Below the pieces are notes generated by a model that worked only from the letters and a program-made list of their open reading frames with translations, had not been told where the DNA came from and ran no database searches. From the sequence record SRR20825019_907: a stretch of 54,341 bases of DNA; one strand, given 5' to 3'. Position 1 is the stretch's first letter. The number at the start of each line of letters is the position of its first letter. This document shows, piece after piece, positions 46,347 through 54,341 of this stretch. The position numbers were made by a program, and so were the translations under genes.

Positions 46347-47792
46347 TTATTTGATACTCAGGTCATCCTTTATTTTATCTGGGGTCCTTAAATGGGCCGC
46401 TGATTTTCTTTCCTCCATTTTTTGAAGCTGAGCTTCTCCAAACTTTTTTGGATCACCATTGAAACCTATTCGCCAAATCTTCCCTTGTTTGGATTCGGAA
46501 ATATACAAAGAACCATCCTTTCCTTCTGCCAAGCCCATGGGTCTATATTTTGCATCGGGCATGCTTACAATGGTATCGACCTTTGCAAAACCATCGGCGA
46601 ACACTTCCCATTCACCGGTTGGTTTTCCATCTTTGAATTGTATGAATGCTACAATGTAACCTGCTTGAGGGTATGGGGCCCTGTTCATAGATCCATGGAA
46701 AGCTATAAAGGCTCCATTGCGATATCGAGATGGAAATAAATCACCTTTATAAAATAAAAGATCGTTGGGAGCCCAATGGGCCGGTAATCCCATTAGTGGT
46801 TTTTTGTACTTATCATCCTCCGTGGAACCGTCCCCGCCATATTCTGGAGCTACTAGCCTTTTGTTCTTAAAATGATCGTAATAGGTATAGGGCCATCCAA
46901 AATCATCCCCTTGTTCTATTTTCATGAACTCTTCGGCGGGTAATACCGCTTGGTGCCATTTACTATAGTATTGTGGTGCATGGTTGTGTAGGTAGTCCCT
47001 TCCATGCTGCACACCATATAGGCTATTGTACTTGTCGTTCCAAGAGAACGCCACCATGCTCCTTATACCAATGGCGTACATTTCGCCATCTTGTTGAATT
47101 TGATTGGTACGGTTTTCATCAAACTTCCAAATACTTCCCAAAACTTCCAGTCCGGGACATGGTTTCATGCCTTTTACCTGTCCTTCTGTATTGAAATTCT
47201 CGCAAGCATTTGTTGGGGCACTGAAAGTGACGTACATATTTCCTTTTTTGTCAAAAGCCAAGGATTTGGAGTTGTGCCATCTTTTTGGGAATTGATCAAT
47301 TAAAATTACTTCGGGCTTGGATTCGGGAATAAGTTTTCCTGGGGTAAGTTTTTGTCGGTACACAATTTGTTCGGAACTGAAATAGAGATATCCATTGTGA
47401 ATCCTCATTTCAGTGGCAAAAGTTCCATCATTGGGATAGTCCCCGAAAGTTTTTATAATATCAGCTTTTCCATCCCCGGTAGTATCTCTAAGTGCGAGAT
47501 TACCATGAGTGCCTTCAGGTTTTCTCAGTTTTACGTAGATATCACCATTATCATTTACAGCTATGTGTCTAGAAGGTCCAACGCTGTCAACTACAACAAG
47601 TGCAGAGAATCCATCAGCTAGGTACAGTCCACCGTTAGGTTCATTGATATCGCTCTTTTTTTCTGAAGCCTCACTCTGTTTGGTTGATGGCTTAACAGGC
47701 TCCTTTTCGGAAGAAGTTTCTTTCTTTTTAGAACCATCCTGACAGGCGGTTAAAATTATACTGAACAAAAGAATATACAGGTATCGAGACAT
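46347..47792 (-). CDS. Glucose/sorbosone-dehydrogenase-like (PQQ sugar dehydrogenase family) lipoprotein
   Basis: LTAC lipobox; GIRS, HGRD, PAEE, FGWPY, AHWAP, FHGS.NR, RPMGLA..DGSLYISE. Confidence 0.8.
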   Translation of the reverse strand: MSRYLYILLFSIILTACQDGSKKKETSSEKEPVKPSTKQSEASEKKSDINEPNGGLYLADGFSALVVVDSVGPSRHIAVNDNGDIYVKLRKPEGTHGNLALRDTTGDGKADIIKTFGDYPNDGTFATEMRIHNGYLYFSSEQIVYRQKLTPGKLIPESKPEVILIDQFPKRWHNSKSLAFDKKGNMYVTFSAPTNACENFNTEGQVKGMKPCPGLEVLGSIWKFDENRTNQIQQDGEMYAIGIRSMVAFSWNDKYNSLYGVQHGRDYLHNHAPQYYSKWHQAVLPAEEFMKIEQGDDFGWPYTYYDHFKNKRLVAPEYGGDGSTEDDKYKKPLMGLPAHWAPNDLLFYKGDLFPSRYRNGAFIAFHGSMNRAPYPQAGYIVAFIQFKDGKPTGEWEVFADGFAKVDTIVSMPDAKYRPMGLAEGKDGSLYISESKQGKIWRIGFNGDPKKFGEAQLQKMEERKSAAHLRTPDKIKDDLSIK

Positions 47793-47919
47793 CTTGGATT
47801 ATGGTTGATTCTATATTGATAAGATATAAAAATTCTAGTTGTGCGGTATGGAATGCATCTCTTCTCAGACTAAAATTAACAGGTTTATGTTATGCATTCG
47901 GTGTTCAATGATGGTGTAT

Positions 47920-47948
47920 AAAAAAAGGGCGTAAATTTTTACGCCCTT
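47920..47948 (-). terminator. Intrinsic terminator of the susCD operon
   Basis: aagggcgtaaa-tt-tttacgccctt with an upstream A run (U tail on -). Confidence 0.85.
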
Positions 47949-47969
47949 AAGTTATAATTGTATCGCTTT

Positions 47970-48875
47970 TTACAGGTCCAAAGCCATACAGAAGTCAAAC
48001 AAAGCGGTTCCGGCTGGTGGTTCTGGGCCTAAATCCAAAACGGTTTCACCATTAGCGGAAGTGACTTGAAATGTGTTTTCTTCATCATATGATCCACTGT
48101 TGTAAAAGATCTGAATTTCAACAGTACCTTCTGGTACAATGAAAGAATATGATGATGAAGCTCCACCCTCATGGGCATAACTGGTTACTTCTCCATCAAT
48201 GCTTACAGATAATGAAGCACCGTTCCAAGAGTCACCATAAGAATCTTGTTGTTCAATGGTCCACTCTCCTGGAGTTGGAGTAATTGGGGGACAAGCGACA
48301 GGTATGCTGTATACAAAGGGAGACTTAAAGTAAGATCCACCAGATACAGTACTGTTCAAATTCCCACTGGAGAAGGAGCGACCATCGGTCAAGTTCAATA
48401 CGTATCGAATTGTAAAACTACTTCCTCCAGCATAATCTTCTGGTATGGTTCCGACGAAATCCGATTCGGACAGTCCCAAAGCTGTTGCCAATTCTGCTAA
48501 CGTAAACTCTACTGTAATAGAGGGTAAGTCAACATCGTTTGGTGAGAATGCCGATGCGGGCAAAGTAGTGACCAGTGTCTCGTCTACTGAATCAGCTTCA
48601 TCAGCGCCGGTATAGGATGCGTAGACTTCAACATCTTGAAGCAATTCTCCCTGTTTGTTGTCCTCTACCTCAAAAGTTACCGAATAGGTCGAGGTAGGAA
48701 AATTGAACAGGAAGTTTTGAGATGCAACATCGGAGCTGGGTGTTGTGGCTCTAAATACAGCACCGCGGGTTACTTCGGCGAAGACATCATCAATTGTCTT
48801 GTTACTGGAATCACAGGCTACAAAGCCAATGGATGCCAGCGAAAGTATCATTATGTTTTTAATATATCTTTTCAT
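47970..48875 (-). CDS. SusC/D-associated surface lipoprotein
   Basis: FVAC lipobox; third gene of the operon; C-terminal domain with DSYGDSWNG. Confidence 0.75.
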   Translation of the reverse strand: MKRYIKNIMILSLASIGFVACDSSNKTIDDVFAEVTRGAVFRATTPSSDVASQNFLFNFPTSTYSVTFEVEDNKQGELLQDVEVYASYTGADEADSVDETLVTTLPASAFSPNDVDLPSITVEFTLAELATALGLSESDFVGTIPEDYAGGSSFTIRYVLNLTDGRSFSSGNLNSTVSGGSYFKSPFVYSIPVACPPITPTPGEWTIEQQDSYGDSWNGASLSVSIDGEVTSYAHEGGASSSYSFIVPEGTVEIQIFYNSGSYDEENTFQVTSANGETVLDLGPEPPAGTALFDFCMALDL

Positions 48876-48888
48876 TTTTCTTTTTCTT

Positions 48889-50580
48889 TTAGTTTGATAA
48901 TGGGAAACCGGAATCAGGGTTATTGTCCCAGAACACCTTCACTGTCACACTTGATTTTTGTGTAACTGAACTGTTGTTGTTTGCATAAACCGCAGGATAA
49001 AGGAAAGATCTTATGAACGAACCCGGTTCTGGCTCCAAGTTGGCCTGTAGATCGTTTGGATATCCTGTTCTTCTATAAAAGTTATATGCGTCAATTCCGT
49101 TTCCGTAAAGTGCTACCCAAAATTCTTTGGCGATAAGGTTTAGTTTTTCATCACCAACAGCAGCATCATATAGAGCTTCTACCTCTGCAACATAGTCGTC
49201 TACATCATCACTGGTAGGGGCCAAAGATAAGTCTGCATCAGCATCCAAAGCTCCAAAGGCCATTGTCTTTTCTATTGACTTTGTTACACCATCGCTAAGG
49301 AATGCTCTTGCACCAGGGATGTCTCCGGTAGCATAGGCTATTTCTGCCTGTAAGAAATCAATTGTCTGTGCCAAGAAGATAGGGATTATTCCAGCTCCAC
49401 CGCCACCTGAGCCTAAATCCACTGCACTAAATTCGCTGTCATCAAATTCGCCACCTGCTGGATATACACCGTATGTTGTCTTTAAAGGTCCGTCTGGTGG
49501 AGTTCCGTCATCATCTCCGTGATCTCTTCCCCAATAACCATTAGGCAAATAGCAGAAAGTGAACCCACCATCAACATAGTGTTCAGGTATTGGCTCCACA
49601 CTACAAGATAATGTCTGTTGGTTAGGGCCTTCTGAATCAATTGCACCAGGAGTAGTTGCGGATTGTCTGTAGTAGTAGTACCTAATCCTAGGATCACTAT
49701 CCTCATAGATGGCCACACCATTTTCAACTTTGGAATTATCCATGTAATTCATAAGCCAATTGCTCATATAATCTGATGAGCCTTGTGGAGTATAGTTATC
49801 GATATAATTTGGGTGCCTTGAATCAGGGTTTACAACATTGGTTCCCCATTCGAATTGGAAATCCTCATCTACAGAAGTGATGTAATCACCGCCAGCGATT
49901 ATAGCATTGAATGCGTCAATAGCACCACCATCTACTAATCTGGATTGTGCATAAATCTTCAACTTTAAGGAGTTTGCCAGTTTTACCCAGTTATCCCAGT
50001 CACCGTCATAGTAATAGTCATTGCTAGGATCTGCTGTGTTGTCCTCTGTGGTGAAATTAGCAATGGCATCATCCAATAATCCTAGAGCTGCCTCATAAAT
50101 ATCGGCCCCGCTGTCTGCTGTAGGGTTAAGGTTGTCTAAACCCTGTATAGCACTAGTGTAAGGTACATCCCCATAAAAATCAACCAAAGTAACTGCAGTG
50201 AACGCTTGGAATACCTGTCCCATACCTATATGGCGTCTGAAGTTGGCTTCTTCTGCCAAAACGTTCATGGCAGAGATGTCTGTGAACATAGAGGAATAGG
50301 CAAACCTCCATTCCGCATCTTGAGATGCTGGCGAGTAAGCTTGTTGATACAATCGGGTACCCATATATTCTATACGGGTTACTTCGGAGCCATTGGTTCC
50401 AAAAGCATCGTTGAAACGAGCGAATTCCTCTTGTACACGGTTAAGATAAAAATCGGGTGTAGCTTGGTCCGGACTTACCGCATTCGGGTCTGTAGTCAGA
50501 TCAAGTTCTGTACTCTCGCATGAAAGTAGGAGCCCCACGGAAGAAATCGCTAGAACTAGTTGTTTTATATATATTTTCAT
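48889..50580 (-). CDS. SusD/RagB family lipoprotein
   Basis: LLSC lipobox, DPN, LVDFYGDVPY, DPR, WVALYGNG.DAYNFYRRTGYP, VFWD. Confidence 0.92.
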   Translation of the reverse strand: MKIYIKQLVLAISSVGLLLSCESTELDLTTDPNAVSPDQATPDFYLNRVQEEFARFNDAFGTNGSEVTRIEYMGTRLYQQAYSPASQDAEWRFAYSSMFTDISAMNVLAEEANFRRHIGMGQVFQAFTAVTLVDFYGDVPYTSAIQGLDNLNPTADSGADIYEAALGLLDDAIANFTTEDNTADPSNDYYYDGDWDNWVKLANSLKLKIYAQSRLVDGGAIDAFNAIIAGGDYITSVDEDFQFEWGTNVVNPDSRHPNYIDNYTPQGSSDYMSNWLMNYMDNSKVENGVAIYEDSDPRIRYYYYRQSATTPGAIDSEGPNQQTLSCSVEPIPEHYVDGGFTFCYLPNGYWGRDHGDDDGTPPDGPLKTTYGVYPAGGEFDDSEFSAVDLGSGGGGAGIIPIFLAQTIDFLQAEIAYATGDIPGARAFLSDGVTKSIEKTMAFGALDADADLSLAPTSDDVDDYVAEVEALYDAAVGDEKLNLIAKEFWVALYGNGIDAYNFYRRTGYPNDLQANLEPEPGSFIRSFLYPAVYANNNSSVTQKSSVTVKVFWDNNPDSGFPLSN

Positions 50581-50592
50581 TTTTCTATTTTT

Positions 50593-53500
50593 TTAAAATG
50601 TTGCTTTAATAGACATACCATATCTTCTAGAGCCTGGGCTGTTGATAAAGTCGAAACCTAAGGCGTTACCTACCCCAACCCCAAGGTTTTCTGGGTCAAA
50701 GTTTGTTCCTTTAGGGACATTGATACCCTTAAACCATAGGTTTTGTCCAGTTAAAGTTAGGCTCAATGATCCGAAAGGTGTCTTTTCCAAAGCTTTCTTT
50801 GGAACAGAATATCCTAATCTTACCTCTCTTAATCGAATGGTACTACCATCGTAAACCTGTAACTCACTTGGACCGAATGCTACGTTACTAAAGTAGTAAT
50901 CGGAGTTGTTGATTTGAATATCGTTAACGGAACCATCCGCCTTAACCCCAGGAAGGATGAAAGTGGAAACACGATCCTCAGTATCTGTGGTAAGTCCTCT
51001 ACCAACCAATGCAGAAATCGTGTTGGCATAAACATCACCACCATGTCTATAAGAAATATCGAAGCCAAAGTTCAAGTTTTTGTAGTTGAAACCATTGCTA
51101 ACGTTCAATCTCCAGTCAGCATTGGGGTCTCCAATCTCAAACAATCCTTGCTCTTCAACATAGCTACCGGTACTCGCAACAACTTTGTTTCCATCGTCGT
51201 CTCTTAGCACTCTAGTGCCCATTATAATACCAAATGGTCGTCCTGCAACAGCAAAGTTGGAAAGGTCAGAGAAAAGACCTCCAATGTTGATGTTGTCCGT
51301 ATCTTGACCAAGGTCTACTACTGTAGACTCATCTGCAGTAAAGTTGGCGTTAACCATCCAGTTGAATCCACCTGGGTTGGAGTTTCTAAATAGGGAAACT
51401 CCTAAGTCAGCCTCAATACCTTTAACCTGTACCTCACCGATGTTGGTAACAGTTTCGGTATAACCTGTGGAAGGGTCCAAAGGTCTGTTGGAAATAAGGT
51501 CTGTGGTTGTTTTCTTATAGATAGAAACATCCAAAGAAACTCTGTTCTGGATAAAACGGCTCTCAATACCGAATTCCAATTCCTGAAGAAGCTCAGGTTT
51601 TAGGGCTGGATTGGCCAATTCGTCATCCACTCTAATGGAGGATACCAACGTACCGTCTTTTAAGAATTCCCTAGTGTCCAAAGTTGCTGTGCTAGCTACT
51701 GGGTAACCCCCAAAGAAACCTGCGGAAGTACCATAACCAGCTCTAAGTTTCAAGAAGTTCAATCCGTTTTGGGATTGTAGACCATCTATCAATGCAGTAG
51801 GCAGTATAGACAAACTCGCAGATGGATAGAAGATGGAGTTTTCGAAGAAGTTGGAAACCCAGTCGTTTCTTGCTGCTAAAGTAAGGTAAGCAAAGTTGTC
51901 ATAGCCAAACTCGGTCTGAGCATATACACCAACAATATTCTGTGTCTCATCACGTTGAACTGGTTGAGCCGTGGCAAAGTTATAGTGTCTGAACACACCG
52001 AAAATAGACTGCTGGTCACTGGTTACACCTTGTTGAGAGAACTCGGTTCTTCTAGAAGTAGCACCAACGTTAACACTAAGGTCTAATTTTTCCGTTAATA
52101 GGAAAGAACCATTTAACTGTAGCGTGTGATCCCAAATTGTATTTCTGTTGTCGTAGGTTTGATATCTACCTTGTATGTAACCTTCGGCACCACCTTTGTT
52201 CTGTCCGATTTCGTTACGCTCTGTGTAAAAATCCAAACCGGTTCTCCAGAAAACGTTAATGTTGTCGTTTATTTTGTAAGTAGCTTGTGTGCTTCCAAAG
52301 AAACGATTGGTCAACTGATTGGCGAATGCATTCGCAGCTGTCCATCTTGGGTTCTGAATATCGTTACCTCCTCTATAGTAAACACTTCTACCATCAATAG
52401 GACTCTGGAAAGGCAGTCCCATCAAATCCACACTACGTGGTGTGAAGAACAGGTGACCAAATACAGACGAACCAGCTCCAAAGGAACCGTTACCGGTACT
52501 TGCTGCAATTGGAGGAGATTTTACATCACTCTTGGAAAAGTTAAAGGTAGAGTTGATTGTAAAGTTGTTGCTCAACTCAGCGCGTCCACCTAAACTAATG
52601 TTGGTTCTTTGAAGTTTGTTGCCAGGTGTAAATCCTTCGTCCCTCAAGTTACTTGCACTTGCATTAAAAGCAATTTTTCCGTCTTCTGATCCGCCAGAGG
52701 CATTAACAGCATTGTTGGTCACAACACCGGTACGGAAAAAATTCTTTACACCATCATAAGGTCTAAATTCATAAGTTGCTCCTTGATATTCAGGAAATGC
52801 TGCACTTACACCGGCATTAACGGAATATGGATGTCTGATCAAGATCGTACCATCAGCGGCAGTTCCTCTCCAAGTAGCACCAAAGTTGTTCGGGTCAGGA
52901 ATGTTAAAGTCAGGTCCCCAGTTACTGAAGAATTCACCGTAAGCCTGGTCAAAACCATTTCCATATTGGTCTTGGTAATCAGGCAATGTCGATATTTCAT
53001 TAAAAAATATTGATGAAGTAACGGTAATCTCCGATTTTGCCCTGCTGGCCCCGGCAGCACCTGCCTTAGTGGTGATCAATATTACACCGTTTCTACCTGC
53101 GGTACCATATAAGTTGGCAGCAGCTAAACCTTTTAATACACTTACGTTGGCAATGGAGTTAGGATCTAAATCCAAAAATCTACTTGACCCCACGTTACCA
53201 TCGATGGCATCTCCTTGAGTATTGGTGTCAGAGCTGAACGGAACACCGTCCACAATAAACAACGGTTGGTTGGATCCGGAAATTGAAGTGAATCCACGAA
53301 TAATAATGTTGGTAGCAGAACCGGATACACCGCTTGCTGCATTAATAAGTACCCCGGAAGCTTTACCGTTTAGTACCCTTCCTACATCACCTTCCGCCTT
53401 TTGCTCCAAATCTTCCGCTCCAACTGAGGAGACTGCGTAACCAAGGGCTTTCTTTTCCCTTTTAATACCCTGTGCGGTAACAACAACCTCTTCAAGGGCT

Positions 53501-53799
53501 TGGGCGTCTTCCACCATTTGAACATTGATTACACTGCTGGCACCCACAACTTTGCTGGAGGGGCGTTGTCCAATGTAAGTGAAAAGCAATGTCTGTCCTT
53601 CACTTGCACTGATAGCATAATTTCCATCGAAATCTGTTTGGGTACCGGACGAGGTCCCTTCAACGACAATGTTGACCCCAGGTAACGGGAGGCCATCGGC
53701 ATCCGTAACTGTACCTGTAATCGTCTTGTCCTGTGCATAGGATATATGCACAACAAACGCCAATAATAGCGTTAACAATCCATTAAGTTTTGTTCTCAT
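50593..53799 (-). CDS. SusC/RagA family TonB-dependent receptor
   Basis: GTQTDFDGNY, EEVVVTAQG, PLFIVDGVP, VLKG.AA..LYG..GRNGVILITTK, LKPE, terminal F. Confidence 0.95.
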   Translation of the reverse strand: MRTKLNGLLTLLLAFVVHISYAQDKTITGTVTDADGLPLPGVNIVVEGTSSGTQTDFDGNYAISASEGQTLLFTYIGQRPSSKVVGASSVINVQMVEDAQALEEVVVTAQGIKREKKALGYAVSSVGAEDLEQKAEGDVGRVLNGKASGVLINAASGVSGSATNIIIRGFTSISGSNQPLFIVDGVPFSSDTNTQGDAIDGNVGSSRFLDLDPNSIANVSVLKGLAAANLYGTAGRNGVILITTKAGAAGASRAKSEITVTSSIFFNEISTLPDYQDQYGNGFDQAYGEFFSNWGPDFNIPDPNNFGATWRGTAADGTILIRHPYSVNAGVSAAFPEYQGATYEFRPYDGVKNFFRTGVVTNNAVNASGGSEDGKIAFNASASNLRDEGFTPGNKLQRTNISLGGRAELSNNFTINSTFNFSKSDVKSPPIAASTGNGSFGAGSSVFGHLFFTPRSVDLMGLPFQSPIDGRSVYYRGGNDIQNPRWTAANAFANQLTNRFFGSTQATYKINDNINVFWRTGLDFYTERNEIGQNKGGAEGYIQGRYQTYDNRNTIWDHTLQLNGSFLLTEKLDLSVNVGATSRRTEFSQQGVTSDQQSIFGVFRHYNFATAQPVQRDETQNIVGVYAQTEFGYDNFAYLTLAARNDWVSNFFENSIFYPSASLSILPTALIDGLQSQNGLNFLKLRAGYGTSAGFFGGYPVASTATLDTREFLKDGTLVSSIRVDDELANPALKPELLQELEFGIESRFIQNRVSLDVSIYKKTTTDLISNRPLDPSTGYTETVTNIGEVQVKGIEADLGVSLFRNSNPGGFNWMVNANFTADESTVVDLGQDTDNINIGGLFSDLSNFAVAGRPFGIIMGTRVLRDDDGNKVVASTGSYVEEQGLFEIGDPNADWRLNVSNGFNYKNLNFGFDISYRHGGDVYANTISALVGRGLTTDTEDRVSTFILPGVKADGSVNDIQINNSDYYFSNVAFGPSELQVYDGSTIRLREVRLGYSVPKKALEKTPFGSLSLTLTGQNLWFKGINVPKGTNFDPENLGVGVGNALGFDFINSPGSRRYGMSIKATF

Positions 53800-54242
53800 T
53801 GTTAAATTATTTGAATTAGCTAATCGCTAAAATCATAATTTCATGTTAATAATCCAAACTAATTTTATAAAATCTTTAAGACTGGTTGTTTAAATGAAGT
53901 AACGGCAAAAACATCAAGTTTGATTGATAACTATATAATTTAAAAGGGGTGTAATTGTTCTTATTGCAATATTTTTGATTTAACCCATAAATTAAAAGGG
54001 GTTGAGTTCAATAAGTTTGGTTTGATGTTAGTTTTGTCTTAAAGAATAGATGTGATAAAAAAATGTTAGGGTAATGTTAAGGGTTTATTTCTTGTCTTAG
54101 TAACCTTATACCTTAATATGTATTGGTTACTTATGTTCAAGAATTTTGCCTTTCAAAGGGGTGTTTGATGTAGGTGTGAGTTATTGTTTTTAAGATGGCT
54201 TTTATCTTTTTTTGCATTCTGCTTAAAATTAATTGCTTGGGA

Positions 54243-54273
54243 TTTGAATTATTGGGAATTATCATTACATTTG
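54243..54273 (+). promoter_or_regulatory. Bacteroidetes sigmaA promoter of the str (rpsL) operon
   Basis: TTTG (54243-54246), 19 nt spacer, TACATTTG (54266-54273); leader hairpin ccctca/tgaggg follows. Confidence 0.7.
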
Positions 54274-54316
54274 CAGCCCTCAAAATGAGGGTTATTTAGT
54301 TTTTAAAAGGAATTTA

Positions 54317-54341
54317 ATGCTAACAATTTCACAATTAGTAC
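54317..54341 (+). CDS. rpsL: 30S ribosomal protein S12, first codons only
   Basis: ATG CTA ACA ATT TCA CAA TTA GTA = MLTISQLV, close to the S12 N-terminus MPTIxQLVR; strong promoter upstream; only 8 codons visible. Confidence 0.7.

Noticed and set aside
47851..47899. gaatgcat...atgcattc inverted repeat as an invertible promoter
   Set aside because: Only 8 bp, largely a self-palindromic ATGCAT core, and no recombinase nearby.
1..54341. CRISPR array, tRNA/rRNA, IS or integrase
   Set aside because: No regularly spaced repeat-spacer units, cloverleaf or rRNA-like tracts, or transposase/recombinase motifs seen by eye; intergenic gaps are short and mostly explained. A covariance-model scan was not run.

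Overview
Chromosomal, mostly housekeeping segment from a marine Flavobacteriaceae genome (Muricauda/Flagellimonas-like, inferred from gene content, TAnnTTTG promoters and AT-rich, SD-less starts). Order: gldJ (partial) <- -> porV-cdd-pdhA-pdhC, M28 peptidase, SDR, SprT, Man-1-P guanylyltransferase, DUF389, mlaEF, pafA, GT2/methyltransferase/fabH, gcvP, ECF sigma with Zn anti-sigma, M3 peptidase, purEK, an hpt-adk fusion, obgE, a LytS/LytTR module, DoxX/SDR/cupin, a truncated Mpl/MurC-like gene, an SMI1/KNR4-TPR gene, radC-yjjG-DUF5723 cluster, rarA, rhomboid, rlmB, arylsulfotransferase-like and sugar-dehydrogenase-like lipoproteins, a susC-susD-lipoprotein operon, and the first codons of rpsL. 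I saw no CRISPR, tRNA/rRNA, transposase or integrase. The most notable points: (1) an orphan SMI1/KNR4-TPR gene flanked by a diverged duplicate of the 3' end of a P-loop-less, truncated Mpl-like gene; (2) a LytTR-type 21-bp-period operator driving an unannotated 17-aa hydrophobic micro-ORF and a small membrane protein ahead of the LytS/LytTR pair; (3) porU missing from the gldJ-porV locus; (4) the HPRT-adenylate kinase fusion; (5) REP-like palindromes and several candidate operators. All family calls come from motif recognition by eye; no database search was run.
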